Shown: piece by piece, positions 40,722-50,831 of the stretch
How the letters are laid out: every line of letters begins with the position of its first letter
Numbering within the stretch: the first letter of the stretch is position 1
Source of the DNA: an uncultured Planctomycetota bacterium
GTDB lineage: Bacteria > Planctomycetota > PLA2 > JAEUHO01
Length of the DNA stretch: 64,000 nucleotides
Direction of reading: 5' to 3'
Assembly (NCBI GenBank): GCA_963752285.1
Contig: CAVVXN010000005.1
Coordinates: 704,001 to 768,000, forward strand
The notes under the pieces: model-generated
What the model was told of the DNA's origin: nothing
Databases searched by the model: none
What the model saw: only the letters and a program-made list of their open reading frames with translations
Made by a program: the position numbers and the translations under genes

Positions 40722-43253
40722 CTAGCGCGCCACGAGCACGACGAGGCGTCCCGGAACCACCATCTCCTTCTCGACGGTCAGCCCCTCGAGGTGATGGGCC
40801 ACCTTCGGGAGCGACTTCGCGCGGCGGAGCACCTCGGCCTCGGGCTCGTCGGCCGGTACGCGGAGGCGGTCCCGGACCTTGCCGTTCACCTGGACGGCGA
40901 GCTCGACGGAGGACCCCACGAGGTGGGCCTCGTCGAACGTCGGCCAGGGACGCCGGCAGAGGAGGTCCTGGCCCCCGAGACGCGCGGCGATCTCCTCGGC
41001 GACGTGCGGCGCGAACGGCTCGAGCATGCGAAGGAAGGCGTCGGCCATCTCGCGCGGCACCGGGCGATCCGAGGCCCGCTCGACCATGCCGTTCAGAAGC
41101 ACCATCAGCTTCGAGATGGCGACGTTGTACGCGAGCGACTCCATGTCGGCGGTGACGCCGGCGATGGTCCGGTGCAGCAGGACGAGGTCGTCCCCCTGCG
41201 GCGGGTCGTCGGAGAGCGGAGCGGGCTCGGCGCGGTCGTCGCCGACGTGCAATCGCCACGCGCGCGACAGGAAACGGGAGACGCCGGAGATGTCGCTGCG
41301 GCTCCAGGTCTTGTCGGCCTCGGGCGGGCCCATGAACAGGATGTAGAGGCGCAGCGTGTCGGCGCCGTGCTCCTGAACGAGCTCGTCGGGGTTGACGACG
41401 TTCTTCTTCGACTTGCTCATCTTCTCCACGACGACGTGCGCGGGGCGCCCCGTCGCGCGGACCACCATCGTCCCGTCGCGCGCCTCGACGTCGTCGGCCG
41501 CCAGGTACGGACCGCTCTCGTCCGCCCGGAAGGAGGGGGAGCGGATCATCCCCTGGTTCACGAGGCGCTGGAACGGCTCCTTCGTGTGGACCAGGCCGAG
41601 GTCGAAGAGCACCTTGTGCCAGAAGCGCGCGTACAGGAGGTGGAGCACGGCGTGCTCGGCACCGCCCACGTACACGTCCACCGGCAGCCAGTAGCGCTCC
41701 GCCTCCGGCGAGACGAAGGCCTGGTCGTCGTGCGGGTCGGCGAAGCGCAGGTAGTACCAGCACGAACCCGCCCACTGGGGCATCGTGTTCGTCTCGCGCC
41801 GCGCGGGCGCGCCAGTGCGGGGGTCGGTGGTCTCGACGAAGGACGGGATCGCGGCCAGCGGGCTCTCGCCCGTTCCGGTGGGGCGGTAGCTCTCGACCTC
41901 GGGCAGGCGAACCGGCAGCGACGACGCCGGCAGGGGCACGACCTGCCCGGACTCCGTGCGGACGAGGGGGAACGGCTCGCCCCAGTACCGCTGGCGCGAG
42001 AAGAGCCAGTCGCGCAGGCGGTACTGCACCTGCGGGCGCCCGAAGCCCTCCTCGGCGAGCCAGGCGACGATTCGGGACTTCGCCTCGGCGACCGGGAGGC
42101 CGTCGAGGAACGACGAGCGGACCAGCGTCCCGTCGCCCTCCCAGGCGGACGTCTCGAGGTCGCCCCCGGTGACCACCTCGCGGACCTCCAGACCGAACGT
42201 GCGCGCGAACTCCCAGTCCCGCTGGTCGTGTCCCGGAACCGCCATCACCGCGCCCGTCCCGTAGCTCGGGAGCACGTAGTCGGCGATCCAGATCGGGATC
42301 TCGCGACCGTCCACGGGGTTCACGGCCATCGCGCCGGTGAAAACGCCGGTCCGCGCCGTCTCGGCGACGCGGTCGCGCTCGGAGCGTCGCGCGGTCCGGT
42401 CCACGTAGGCCGCCACGTCCTCTCGCTGGGTGTCGGTCGTGACCTTCCCCACGAGCGGGTGCTCGGGAGCGAGCACGCAGAACGTCGCGCCGAAGAGGGT
42501 GTCCGGACGCGTGGTGAAGACGGTGAACGAACCGCCGCCCTTCACGCGGAACACGACCTCGGCGCCCTCGGACCGGCCGATCCACTCCCGCTGCATCTGC
42601 TTGATGTGCTCGGGCCAGTCCACGCCCTCGAGATCCGCCAGGAGGCGGTCGGCGTAGGCGGTGATCCGCAGGAGCCACTGGCGCATCGGCCGCCGCTCCA
42701 CCGGATGGCCGCCCCGCTCGCTCTTGCCGTCGATGACCTCCTCGTTTGCCAGCACCGTCCCGAGGGCGGGGCACCAGTTCACGGGGATCTCGGCCTCGTA
42801 CGCGAGCCCGCGCTCGAGGAGGCGCAGGAAGATCCACTGCGTCCACCGGTAGTAGGAGGGGTCGGTGGTGTCGATCTCGCGGGACCAGTCGAACGACCAG
42901 CCGAGGCGCCGCGCCTGGCCCTTGAAGGTCGCGATGTTCTTCTCGACCGCGACCCGCGGGTGGACCTGGTTGTCGATCGCATACTGCTCCGCGGGGAGAC
43001 CGAACGCGTCCCAGCCCATGGGGTGGAGGACGTTCGACCCCCGCGCACGCTCGTACCTCGCCACCACGTCCGTGATCGTGTAGTTCTCTACGTGGCCGAG
43101 GTGCAACCCCTCCCCGGAGGGGTACGGGAACATCCCGAGCACGTATTTCTTGGGTCGCGGGTCGTGGTCCCGGGCCCGGAAGACGCCCTCCGCCTCCCAC
43201 CGCGCCTGCCAGCGGGGCTCGATGCTCCTGGGGTCGTACGCCGTGCGTTCCAC
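40722..43253 (-). CDS. leuS: Leucine--tRNA ligase
   Basis: MFPYPSGEGLHLGH, GWDAFGLPAE, TTRPDT editing domain, KMSKS, QVNGK. Confidence 0.98.
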   Translation of the reverse strand: MERTAYDPRSIEPRWQARWEAEGVFRARDHDPRPKKYVLGMFPYPSGEGLHLGHVENYTITDVVARYERARGSNVLHPMGWDAFGLPAEQYAIDNQVHPRVAVEKNIATFKGQARRLGWSFDWSREIDTTDPSYYRWTQWIFLRLLERGLAYEAEIPVNWCPALGTVLANEEVIDGKSERGGHPVERRPMRQWLLRITAYADRLLADLEGVDWPEHIKQMQREWIGRSEGAEVVFRVKGGGSFTVFTTRPDTLFGATFCVLAPEHPLVGKVTTDTQREDVAAYVDRTARRSERDRVAETARTGVFTGAMAVNPVDGREIPIWIADYVLPSYGTGAVMAVPGHDQRDWEFARTFGLEVREVVTGGDLETSAWEGDGTLVRSSFLDGLPVAEAKSRIVAWLAEEGFGRPQVQYRLRDWLFSRQRYWGEPFPLVRTESGQVVPLPASSLPVRLPEVESYRPTGTGESPLAAIPSFVETTDPRTGAPARRETNTMPQWAGSCWYYLRFADPHDDQAFVSPEAERYWLPVDVYVGGAEHAVLHLLYARFWHKVLFDLGLVHTKEPFQRLVNQGMIRSPSFRADESGPYLAADDVEARDGTMVVRATGRPAHVVVEKMSKSKKNVVNPDELVQEHGADTLRLYILFMGPPEADKTWSRSDISGVSRFLSRAWRLHVGDDRAEPAPLSDDPPQGDDLVLLHRTIAGVTADMESLAYNVAISKLMVLLNGMVERASDRPVPREMADAFLRMLEPFAPHVAEEIAARLGGQDLLCRRPWPTFDEAHLVGSSVELAVQVNGKVRDRLRVPADEPEAEVLRRAKSLPKVAHHLEGLTVEKEMVVPGRLVVLVAR

Positions 43254-43365
43254 GAGGGCCTCCGGGGCCGAACGGAAGCGACGAGGGTAACCGCCGGCCC
43301 GGCTCGCGACGTGGCCCCGCCGGACCGCGCGCGGGTCGCGCGGGTCACACCCACCCGGGGGTCGG

Positions 43366-44622
43366 TCACTCGTGGCGGAGGGCCTCGACGGGGTCGAGCG
43401 CCGCGGCGCGGGCGGCCGGGTAGATGCCGAAGACCACCCCGATCGCGGCGGAGATCCCGAACGCGATCACCAGCGACCACGGCGTCACCACGGTCGGCAT
43501 GCCGAAGAAGTGGGAGAGGAGGGGCGGCCCGCCGACGCCCAGCAGGAGCCCGATCGCGCCGCCCGCCGCCGAGAGGAGGACCGTCTCGGCGAGGAACTGG
43601 GTGACGATGTGGGAGCGGCGCGCGCCCACGGCGCGGCGGATCCCGATCTCCCGCGTCCGCTCCATGACGCTCGCGAGCATGATGTTCATGATCCCGATGC
43701 CGCCCACCACGAGGGAGATGGCGGCGATGATGCTCCCGACGATCGTCCAGATCCGCTTCGTCTCCTGCGCCTCGCGCAGGAGCTCGAGGGGAACCGTGAG
43801 GCGTACGTCGCCTTTCGGGTACCAGCGCTCGACCATCGCGCGGAGGGCCACGGCGATCTCCGGCACGGCCTCGAGGCTCTGCGCCTCGACGACCACGCGG
43901 TGGAGCTCGACGCGCTGCAGGGAGAAGCTCCCCGTCGTCCGGTTGGAGATGACCGAGCCGTAGCGCTCGTTCATCGTCGTGAGGGGCAGGAAGAGGGCCG
44001 CGTCCACGTCTACGAGCGCTCCGCCGGGGGAGTCGCCCCGGCCCGCGAGCACGCCGACGACCTTGTAGGCGAGCGGGCCCGCCCACACGAGCCGCCCCAG
44101 CGGGTCCGAGCTGAGGAACAGCCGGGTCGCCAGCTCGCTCCCGAGCACGCAGACCGCGCGCTGCTCACGCACGTCCGCGTTCACGATGAACCGGCCCCGC
44201 TCGAGCCGGAGCGCGCTCACGTCCGCGTACTCGGGAACGGTGCTGGCGATCGTAGCGGGGAACTTGCGCGGCCCGAACCGCACCTCTTCGGGGATGTCGC
44301 GGCGCGGCACCACGCGCAGCACGCCGGGGACGGTCTGTCGGATCCGCTCCACGTCCACGCGCTTGAGGCCGTACTCGAGGACGTGCTGTCGCCCCTTCGT
44401 CGCGTCCTCGCTCGTGGTGGGCTGCACGCTCGTGAGGAGGATGTTCCGCGACCCGAGACGACGGATCCGGGCCTGGGCGTCCTGGCTCGCCCCTTCGACG
44501 ACCGCCAGCGTCGTGACGACCGATCCCACGCCGAGGAGGATCCCGACGACGGTCAGGAGAGAGCGGAGACGGTGGAGCCAGAGCGTCTTCCACGCCACCT
44601 GGACGACGCGGACGGCCCTCAC
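43366..44622 (-). CDS. MacB-like ABC transporter permease
   Basis: RSLLTVVGI, VGGIGIMNIMLASVMERTREIGIRRAVGA, PAARAAALDPVEALRHE. Confidence 0.93.
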   Translation of the reverse strand: MRAVRVVQVAWKTLWLHRLRSLLTVVGILLGVGSVVTTLAVVEGASQDAQARIRRLGSRNILLTSVQPTTSEDATKGRQHVLEYGLKRVDVERIRQTVPGVLRVVPRRDIPEEVRFGPRKFPATIASTVPEYADVSALRLERGRFIVNADVREQRAVCVLGSELATRLFLSSDPLGRLVWAGPLAYKVVGVLAGRGDSPGGALVDVDAALFLPLTTMNERYGSVISNRTTGSFSLQRVELHRVVVEAQSLEAVPEIAVALRAMVERWYPKGDVRLTVPLELLREAQETKRIWTIVGSIIAAISLVVGGIGIMNIMLASVMERTREIGIRRAVGARRSHIVTQFLAETVLLSAAGGAIGLLLGVGGPPLLSHFFGMPTVVTPWSLVIAFGISAAIGVVFGIYPAARAAALDPVEALRHE

Positions 44623-45317
44623 GAGCGGGCCTCGATGCGGTCGATCCGCCCGTCGAGCATGTGCAGCGTGCGGTGCGCGCGCTGCGCGATCTTCGGGTCG
44701 TGCGTGACGACGACGATCGTCGCGCCCTCCCGGTTGAGGTCGTCCAGGAGGTCGAGGATCTCGAGCCCCGTGGCCGAGTCGAGGTTCCCGGTCGGCTCGT
44801 CGGCGAGGATCAGACGAGGTCGGTTCGCGAGCGCGCGGGCGATCGCCACGCGCTGCTGCTGGCCGCCGGAGAGCTCCGTGGGGCGGTGGTCGAGGCGTCC
44901 CGCGAGGCCCATCCGCCGGGCGAGCTCCAGGGCGCGTTCGTGCGCGTCGCGACCGCCCATGCCGGCGTACTCGAGCGGCACCTCGACGTTCTCGAGCACG
45001 GTGAGGTGCGCGATCAGGTTGTACGACTGGAAGACGAAGCCGAGGTGCGTGTTCCGGACGCGCGAGAGCTCGTCGTCGTCCAGGTCCTCGACGTCGCGTC
45101 CTCCGAGGCGGTAGCGGCCGTGGCTTGGGCGGTCGAGGCAGCCCAGCACGTTCAGCAGCGTGGACTTTCCCGAGCCCGAGGGGCCCATCACCGCGAGGTA
45201 CTCGCCGGCCCCGATCACGAGGTCCACCTCGTCGAGCGCGCGGACGTCCGTGTCGCCCATGCGGTAGACGCGGGAGACACGCTCCAGGACGGCGACCGGA
45301 CCGTCCGCAGCCGTCAT
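44619..45317 (-). CDS. ABC transporter ATP-binding protein (MacB/LolD-like)
   Basis: GPSGSGKST, LSGGQQQRV, ILADEPTGNLD, VTHD. Confidence 0.95.
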   Translation of the reverse strand: MTAADGPVAVLERVSRVYRMGDTDVRALDEVDLVIGAGEYLAVMGPSGSGKSTLLNVLGCLDRPSHGRYRLGGRDVEDLDDDELSRVRNTHLGFVFQSYNLIAHLTVLENVEVPLEYAGMGGRDAHERALELARRMGLAGRLDHRPTELSGGQQQRVAIARALANRPRLILADEPTGNLDSATGLEILDLLDDLNREGATIVVVTHDPKIAQRAHRTLHMLDGRIDRIEARS

Positions 45318-47389
45318 CGTCTCCCGCCCCGGCTCCGGCCCCCGGCGTGGCCCGTCGATCCCGCCGGGGTCGCGGCGTCGGGTTTCGCGCCGGCATCGGG
45401 CGCGGCGGGCGCGGCGGACGCGTCGGACGCGGGCGCGGCGCCGCCCGAAGGCCCGCCCGGGTGCGCGGCGCCCCCGTGGGCGTCGGCCGGGGGCGCGGTC
45501 TCTGCGGCTCCGCCCGCCGCCGGGGCGCCCGGGGCGCCGCGCCGCGTCCTCGCGCCCGACGGCGCCCGGCCGTGGGTCCCGGACGACATGCGGCCCGCGT
45601 GGGGCGGTGCGAGGAGCACGTGCTCGCCGGGCTCCACGCCGTCGAGGATCTGGACCACGAGATCGTTCGAGAGCCCGAGCCTCACGGGCCGGGGCGTGGG
45701 CTCGCCCGGACCTTCGGACACGTAGACGACGGGACGATCCGCCGTGCCGGCGACCGCCTGGACCGGAACGCTCACGGCGTCCTCGATGTCGGCCACGAGG
45801 ATCTCGACCTTCGCGCTCATGCCGGGCCTGAGCGTCGGCGGGACCGCGTCGAGCTGGATCTCGGTCGAGTACACCTTGAGGTCCGGGTTCAGCCAGCTGT
45901 CCGGCGGATCGGGGAGACGCGCGACGGTCTTCACGACGCCCGGGATGGGGCGGTCGGGGAAGGCGTCCACGAGCACCGTGGCCGGCTGGCCCTCTTGCAC
46001 GCGCTCCACCACGGACTCGTGGATGCTCACCTTCACGCCGAGGCTCGCGAGGTCGGGGATCTCGATCAGGGGCTGGCGCTCCTGCACGAGCACCCCCTCG
46101 CGGATCGGGTTGTCGTTGCCCCACCGGCTGTGCCGCTGGCTCGACGCGTAGACGACGAGCCCCGGCTCGGTCGCTCGGATCGTGGCCGCGGCCACCTGGC
46201 GCTGGAGACGCTGGAACCGCTCCGACTGGAGCTGTTCCTGCTCGGTGCGCGAACGGACCTCGGCCAGCTCGCGTTCCTCGGAGGAGCGCGCGCTCTTGAG
46301 GGTCCGCGCGAGCTGCGCCTCGGCCTCCACCAGGTTCGAGAGGAGGCGCTCCGTCTCCTTGCGGAAGTCGTACGTCACGTACTGGTCCCGCGCCGTGCGG
46401 GCGCGGTCCAGGTCGATGCGCCAGCGCTCGAGGGCGATGCGGTCGGCCTCCTCGTCCTCGCGGCTGACGTATCCCTTCTCCAAGAGCCGACCGGTCCAGT
46501 CGAGCTTGACCTGCGCGCGACGGAACTCCTCGTCCGCGATCGAGATGTCGCTGTCGAGCTTGCGAATCGTCTGGAGGGCCTCGCCCTCGAGGCGGGGGTC
46601 GTCGAGCAGCCGCGCGATCCGCCCCTCGAGCGGGTCGGGCTGCTCCGCCGCCGCCATCGCGGCTGCGGTGGGGGGGACGGTCGGAGCCGCCGCCGGCGGG
46701 GACGCGTCGTCTCCGTCCGACCCGCCCGCCGAGACGGGGCCGCCGTCGCCGGCGCCGGCCGGGGCGGGCGCCGTGGGCTCGTGCCGCGCGGTCGGAGCCT
46801 GTGCGGGGGCGGTCGGGGGGACCGACACCCCCGCTTCGGGGGCGTCGTCCGGCGGCAGGTCCACCGGGAGGGCCGCCGCGCTGAGCAGGTCGCCCGAGAG
46901 GTCCTTGCCGACGTACCGCTCGAGGTCGAGGCGCGCGAAGCGCACCTCGAGCTGGGCCTTCCGGATCTCGCTCGCGTTCTGCTGCTGCGTGATGTCGAGG
47001 CTCGCTTCCGCGTTCTTCCGCGCGGCGGTGGCCTGGGCGAGGTCGATCTTCTGACGGTTCAGCTGGTCCACGGTGTTGGCCGCGTCGAGCTGAACGAGCA
47101 ACCGGTGCTCGGCGACGTCCTGGTCGGTCAGGATCGTCCCTTCCGGGACGATGAACAGGATCGCGGCGTTCCCCTCGACCCTGCTCGTGATGGTCTGCGA
47201 CTTGAGCGCCTCGACGCTGCCGCTCTCGAGGACCGTGACGCGGAGCCGCCCGCGCTCGACCTCCGCCACGGGCGGGCCCGAGGCGCCCGTGTCGGCCCGC
47301 CCGGCGAGCCACCACCAGATCCCGCCGCCCAGGAGGAGGACGACCAGCAGGAGGACCCACGGTCCTCGTCGGGCGCGCCGGGCGGACAT
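45314..47389 (-). CDS. Efflux periplasmic adaptor (MacA/HlyD-like)
   Basis: N-terminal TM, VPEG lipoyl half-motif, long coiled coil, LRPGMSAKVEI, GLSND. Confidence 0.88.
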   Translation of the reverse strand: MSARRARRGPWVLLLVVLLLGGGIWWWLAGRADTGASGPPVAEVERGRLRVTVLESGSVEALKSQTITSRVEGNAAILFIVPEGTILTDQDVAEHRLLVQLDAANTVDQLNRQKIDLAQATAARKNAEASLDITQQQNASEIRKAQLEVRFARLDLERYVGKDLSGDLLSAAALPVDLPPDDAPEAGVSVPPTAPAQAPTARHEPTAPAPAGAGDGGPVSAGGSDGDDASPPAAAPTVPPTAAAMAAAEQPDPLEGRIARLLDDPRLEGEALQTIRKLDSDISIADEEFRRAQVKLDWTGRLLEKGYVSREDEEADRIALERWRIDLDRARTARDQYVTYDFRKETERLLSNLVEAEAQLARTLKSARSSEERELAEVRSRTEQEQLQSERFQRLQRQVAAATIRATEPGLVVYASSQRHSRWGNDNPIREGVLVQERQPLIEIPDLASLGVKVSIHESVVERVQEGQPATVLVDAFPDRPIPGVVKTVARLPDPPDSWLNPDLKVYSTEIQLDAVPPTLRPGMSAKVEILVADIEDAVSVPVQAVAGTADRPVVYVSEGPGEPTPRPVRLGLSNDLVVQILDGVEPGEHVLLAPPHAGRMSSGTHGRAPSGARTRRGAPGAPAAGGAAETAPPADAHGGAAHPGGPSGGAAPASDASAAPAAPDAGAKPDAATPAGSTGHAGGRSRGGRR

Positions 47390-47458
47390 CGGGCCGAGGG
47401 TACCAGCGTGGCGCCGGTCCGGCCCCTTCGCGCGCCCCTCGAGCGCGCGCCTCGTCCG

Positions 47459-49204
47459 CTATCTCTCCCCGGGCGCGGACGCGGGCGGGAACGCGGGCGC
47501 CGCGGGGGACGGCGTCGCGGGCGGGGCCAGCGCGGTCGGCGCCGGCGGCGACTCCGCGGTCGGCGAGCCCGACGGCGCCTCGGGCTCGACCCAGCGTCCG
47601 TCGGACCCGACCTGGAGGATCCCGACGTCGCGGAGCAGGACGAGACGGGCGATCGCGTGGTCCACGAGTGCGCGCGTCAGTGCGTTCCGCGCGATGACGA
47701 GGGCGTCCTCGGCGTCGAGCCGGTCGCGCGTGGTCGCCCGGCTCGCCTCGAGCAGGAGGTCCGTGCTCTCCACCCGCCGTTCCGCCAGGTGCACGCCCTC
47801 GGCCTCGATCCGGTAGCTGTCGCGCGCGCGTTCGAGCTGGCGCAGGGCCTCCCGCACCTGGAGGCGGACCTGGTCCTCGAGCGCCTCCCGGTCGCGACGC
47901 GCGCGCATCGCGTCGATCGTCGCGTGTCGGAACGCGTTCCGCTCGGCCGTGCGTTCGAGCGGGAGGTCGATCGTCGGGCCCGCGAACGCCTCGATGTCCG
48001 CGTTCGAGAGCGACTGACGCGAACCAGGTTCTCGCTGGAGGAAGGCCTGGACCTCCAGGTTCGCCCCGGGGCCCAGCTGGTTCGCGGCGACGAGGACCCT
48101 GCGCATGGCGTCCTCCTCGCGGCCGTTCGCGTTCTCGAGGTCGAGCCGCCGCGCCAGCGCCGTCTCGACGGCGGTGGCGCGCTCCACCGGCACGGCACGC
48201 GGGCCCTCGGAGCGGAGCCTCTCGAGGGCGTCCTCCGGGATCTCGACGTCGGCGTCCACCTGGATGCCGAGGGTCTCCTTCATCTCGTCGAGCGCGGTCT
48301 CGTACGCCGTGCGCGCCGCGAGCCGGCGGTTCTCCGCGACGAGAAGGTCCTGCCTCGTCTGGTCCACCTCGAAGTCGGCGAGGCGGCCCGCGCCCGTCGC
48401 GCCGTACGCCTCCTGCCGGGCGAGGAGGCGGCGCAGGCTCTCGTACGTCAGGTCTTCGTTCTTCCACGTGTCGCGCGCCTCGAGGAGGCGGTAGTACGAC
48501 GACACCACGTCTACCGTGAACGACTGCTGGAACCGCGCGTACGAGCGGAGGGCGTAGAGCACGTCCCGCTCGGCCTGCGTCAACGGCTCGCGCGCGTACC
48601 AGCCGGCGCCGCGCGCCATGGGGAGCAGGAGGTCGAGGCTCAGGAGCGTGCGCGCGGGCTCGAACGGATCGCCGCTCGCGAGACTCGCGAGGAATCCCGA
48701 CGCGAGGTCCACGATCAGGCGACCGCCGGTGCTGAAGTTGCGCGTCGCGGTGAGGTCGACCGTTCCCTGCGGCGTGGTGTCGTTTCGGTTGATCCGGGTG
48801 CCCGCCCCGAGCGAGAGGCCGGCGAGGGGGTTCGTGAGGTCGTTCCGGACGCCCGTCAGGTCGAGCGCGACGAGGTACACGTCCTCGCGTTGACGGAGGT
48901 AGTCGCGCGAGGCGGCCGCGGCGAGCGCGAGGGCGTCCTCCAGGGTGAGCCGAAAGGTGCGGGACTCCCGCCGCGCGCAGGCGAGGCGGTCCGCGGCGTC
49001 CACGTCGAGGCGTCCCGCGACCTCGGGCACGCGGGCGCGCGTCGAGGCGAGCGCCGCGTAGACCTCGCGGTCGGCGCCCTCCTTCGTGAACCGCGCGCAG
49101 GCGCCCCCGCCGACGGCGAGCCACCCGACGAGGAGGAGGAGGGAGCGCGCCAGGGCCCGTGCCGGGCGGCGGCCCGCGCCCTCGGCCGGCTTCGCCGGGG
49201 TCAT
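47459..49204 (-). CDS. TolC-family outer membrane protein
   Basis: Lipoprotein-like signal, LTLEDAL, ALARRLDL, DLPLER, DRLDAEDAL; upstream of adaptor and ABC genes. Confidence 0.85.
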   Translation of the reverse strand: MTPAKPAEGAGRRPARALARSLLLLVGWLAVGGGACARFTKEGADREVYAALASTRARVPEVAGRLDVDAADRLACARRESRTFRLTLEDALALAAAASRDYLRQREDVYLVALDLTGVRNDLTNPLAGLSLGAGTRINRNDTTPQGTVDLTATRNFSTGGRLIVDLASGFLASLASGDPFEPARTLLSLDLLLPMARGAGWYAREPLTQAERDVLYALRSYARFQQSFTVDVVSSYYRLLEARDTWKNEDLTYESLRRLLARQEAYGATGAGRLADFEVDQTRQDLLVAENRRLAARTAYETALDEMKETLGIQVDADVEIPEDALERLRSEGPRAVPVERATAVETALARRLDLENANGREEDAMRRVLVAANQLGPGANLEVQAFLQREPGSRQSLSNADIEAFAGPTIDLPLERTAERNAFRHATIDAMRARRDREALEDQVRLQVREALRQLERARDSYRIEAEGVHLAERRVESTDLLLEASRATTRDRLDAEDALVIARNALTRALVDHAIARLVLLRDVGILQVGSDGRWVEPEAPSGSPTAESPPAPTALAPPATPSPAAPAFPPASAPGER

Positions 49205-49470
49205 CCGACGAGCCCGCGGTGGACGAGCAGGGCGGGGCGGGACGCGGACTCCGGGCGGACGAAGAAGTGGCGGCCCGTGAGCCGGCGGCCCTCGCCCTCC
49301 GGCACGACGATGCCCTCGCCGTCGGGTGCCTTCTCGTCGGGGCCGGTGGCGAACCGGACGCCGCCCTCGATCGCCCGCACGACGACCGAGGGCTCCTTCC
49401 GCGCGTCGGGCCGGCCGCCGAGATACGTCCAGCCGTCCGTCTTCCTGAGCCTCAGCGCCATCTGCTCCAC
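49201..49470 (-). CDS. Small hypothetical protein
   Basis: TAGAGT and GGAGG upstream of GTG; stop overlaps the TolC ATG. Confidence 0.6.
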   Translation of the reverse strand: MEQMALRLRKTDGWTYLGGRPDARKEPSVVVRAIEGGVRFATGPDEKAPDGEGIVVPEGEGRRLTGRHFFVRPESASRPALLVHRGLVG

Positions 49471-49796
49471 GGCGTAACCTCCGCGCGGCGCGACTCTACC
49501 CGCCTCGCGCCGCCGGGAGCATCAAGCGTCGATCGGCTGTGACGGAGTCGTGACGAACGGGCGGCGACGCGGGACGCTATGGGACCTTGGCGGCGCGTAT
49601 CCGGCGTGTTCCGGGCCTCGGGATGCAACCCACGTGCGCTCGACGGGAGTACGCTCTGGGGGTCCGCGAGAGGTTCGGCGAGGAGGTCAGAGAGAGTCGG
49701 CTCGCCGAACGTCCACGGGAGATTGTTTGCCAAGGGCGATGCCCTGCCCTACATCTGGGCGTTTGGGGGGCACCCCAATCAGGAGGTAGGTCTGCC

Positions 49797-50819
49797 ATGT
49801 CGAAGCATTCGTTCGTGGAGAGCGGGGGCATCCTCTTCGCCGTCGCGCTGGGTGTGCTCCTCTCCGGTTGCTGCAGCCCGTGCGGCGATCCCTGCGCGCC
49901 GGCGCCGTGCGCCGCGCCCTGCGCTACGCCTTGCGCGACGCCCTGCGCCACCCCGTGCGCGGGCGTGGTGCCGACCGACATCCCGCCCGAGGCCAAGCCC
50001 GGTGAGGCGTGGTGCCGGGTGTGGGTCCCGCCGACGTACGACAACGTCGAAGAGCAGGTCTGCGTGTGCCCGGCCTCGTGCGACCGCAAGTGGGTCGAGC
50101 CCGTGTACGAGGAGAGGACGAAGACCGTCTGCGTGAAGCCCGAGCAGAAGATCTGCGTACCCGAGCCTGCGGTCTACGAGACCCAGCAGGAGCAGGTCTG
50201 CGTGTGCCCGGAGCAGGTGGTCAAGCACCCCGTTCCGGCCGTCTACGAGACCGTGCAGGAGCAGGTGATGACGTGCCCCGCGCGCACCGAGTGGCGCCGC
50301 GTGGACTGCACGCCCGAGCAGCTCGCCGCGGGCGAGAAGCAGGGCGACTGCTGGATGCTCGTCGAGGTCCCGCCCGTGTACGAGAACCGCTGCAAGCAGG
50401 TCTGCACGCAGCCGGCGACGTGCACCGAGGAGACGATCCCGGCGAAGTACGAGACCCGTTGCAAGCAGGTCTGCACGAAGCCCGCCGCCACCCACCAGGA
50501 GACCGTCCCCGCGCAGTACGAGGAGGTCACCGAGCGCGTCTGCACGCAGCCTGGTTACTGGCAGGAGCTGCCGGTCGCCGCGAAGTACGAGACGCGCACG
50601 AAGCCCGTGTGCAAGGCCCCCGGCCACTGGGAGTGGCGCCGCAACCAGGCGTGTGAGGTCCCGCAGGGCCAGCCCGCCGCGGGGATGGCGCCCGCGCCGG
50701 CGACGCCGGAGGCCGCTCTGTCCGACACGGGTCCCGAGCCCGAGGCGGCTCCGGCGCCCGAGGCCGGTTCCGAGGAGCCCGCGGTGCCCGAGGACATGAT
50801 GGGTGGGGACGCCCACTAG
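49797..50819 (+). CDS. Cys/Pro-rich repeat lipoprotein (OmcA-like N-terminus, eight 23-aa repeats)
   Basis: AGGAGGT RBS; lipobox LSGC; about 28 Cys in 340 aa; P-x-x-Y-E...V-C-x-x-P repeats. Confidence 0.85.
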   Translation: MSKHSFVESGGILFAVALGVLLSGCCSPCGDPCAPAPCAAPCATPCATPCATPCAGVVPTDIPPEAKPGEAWCRVWVPPTYDNVEEQVCVCPASCDRKWVEPVYEERTKTVCVKPEQKICVPEPAVYETQQEQVCVCPEQVVKHPVPAVYETVQEQVMTCPARTEWRRVDCTPEQLAAGEKQGDCWMLVEVPPVYENRCKQVCTQPATCTEETIPAKYETRCKQVCTKPAATHQETVPAQYEEVTERVCTQPGYWQELPVAAKYETRTKPVCKAPGHWEWRRNQACEVPQGQPAAGMAPAPATPEAALSDTGPEPEAAPAPEAGSEEPAVPEDMMGGDAH

Positions 50820-50831
50820 CCCGACGCCCTG

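Noticed and set aside
43254..43365. T-box leader for leuS
   Set aside because: The gap is short and lacks the T-box consensus and terminator; only a TACCCT -10 and a GGAGG site are seen
49890..50600. Possible CRISPR-like or DNA tandem array
   Set aside because: The repeats are in-frame, degenerate at third codon positions and encode protein repeats; there is no repeat-spacer pattern and no cas gene
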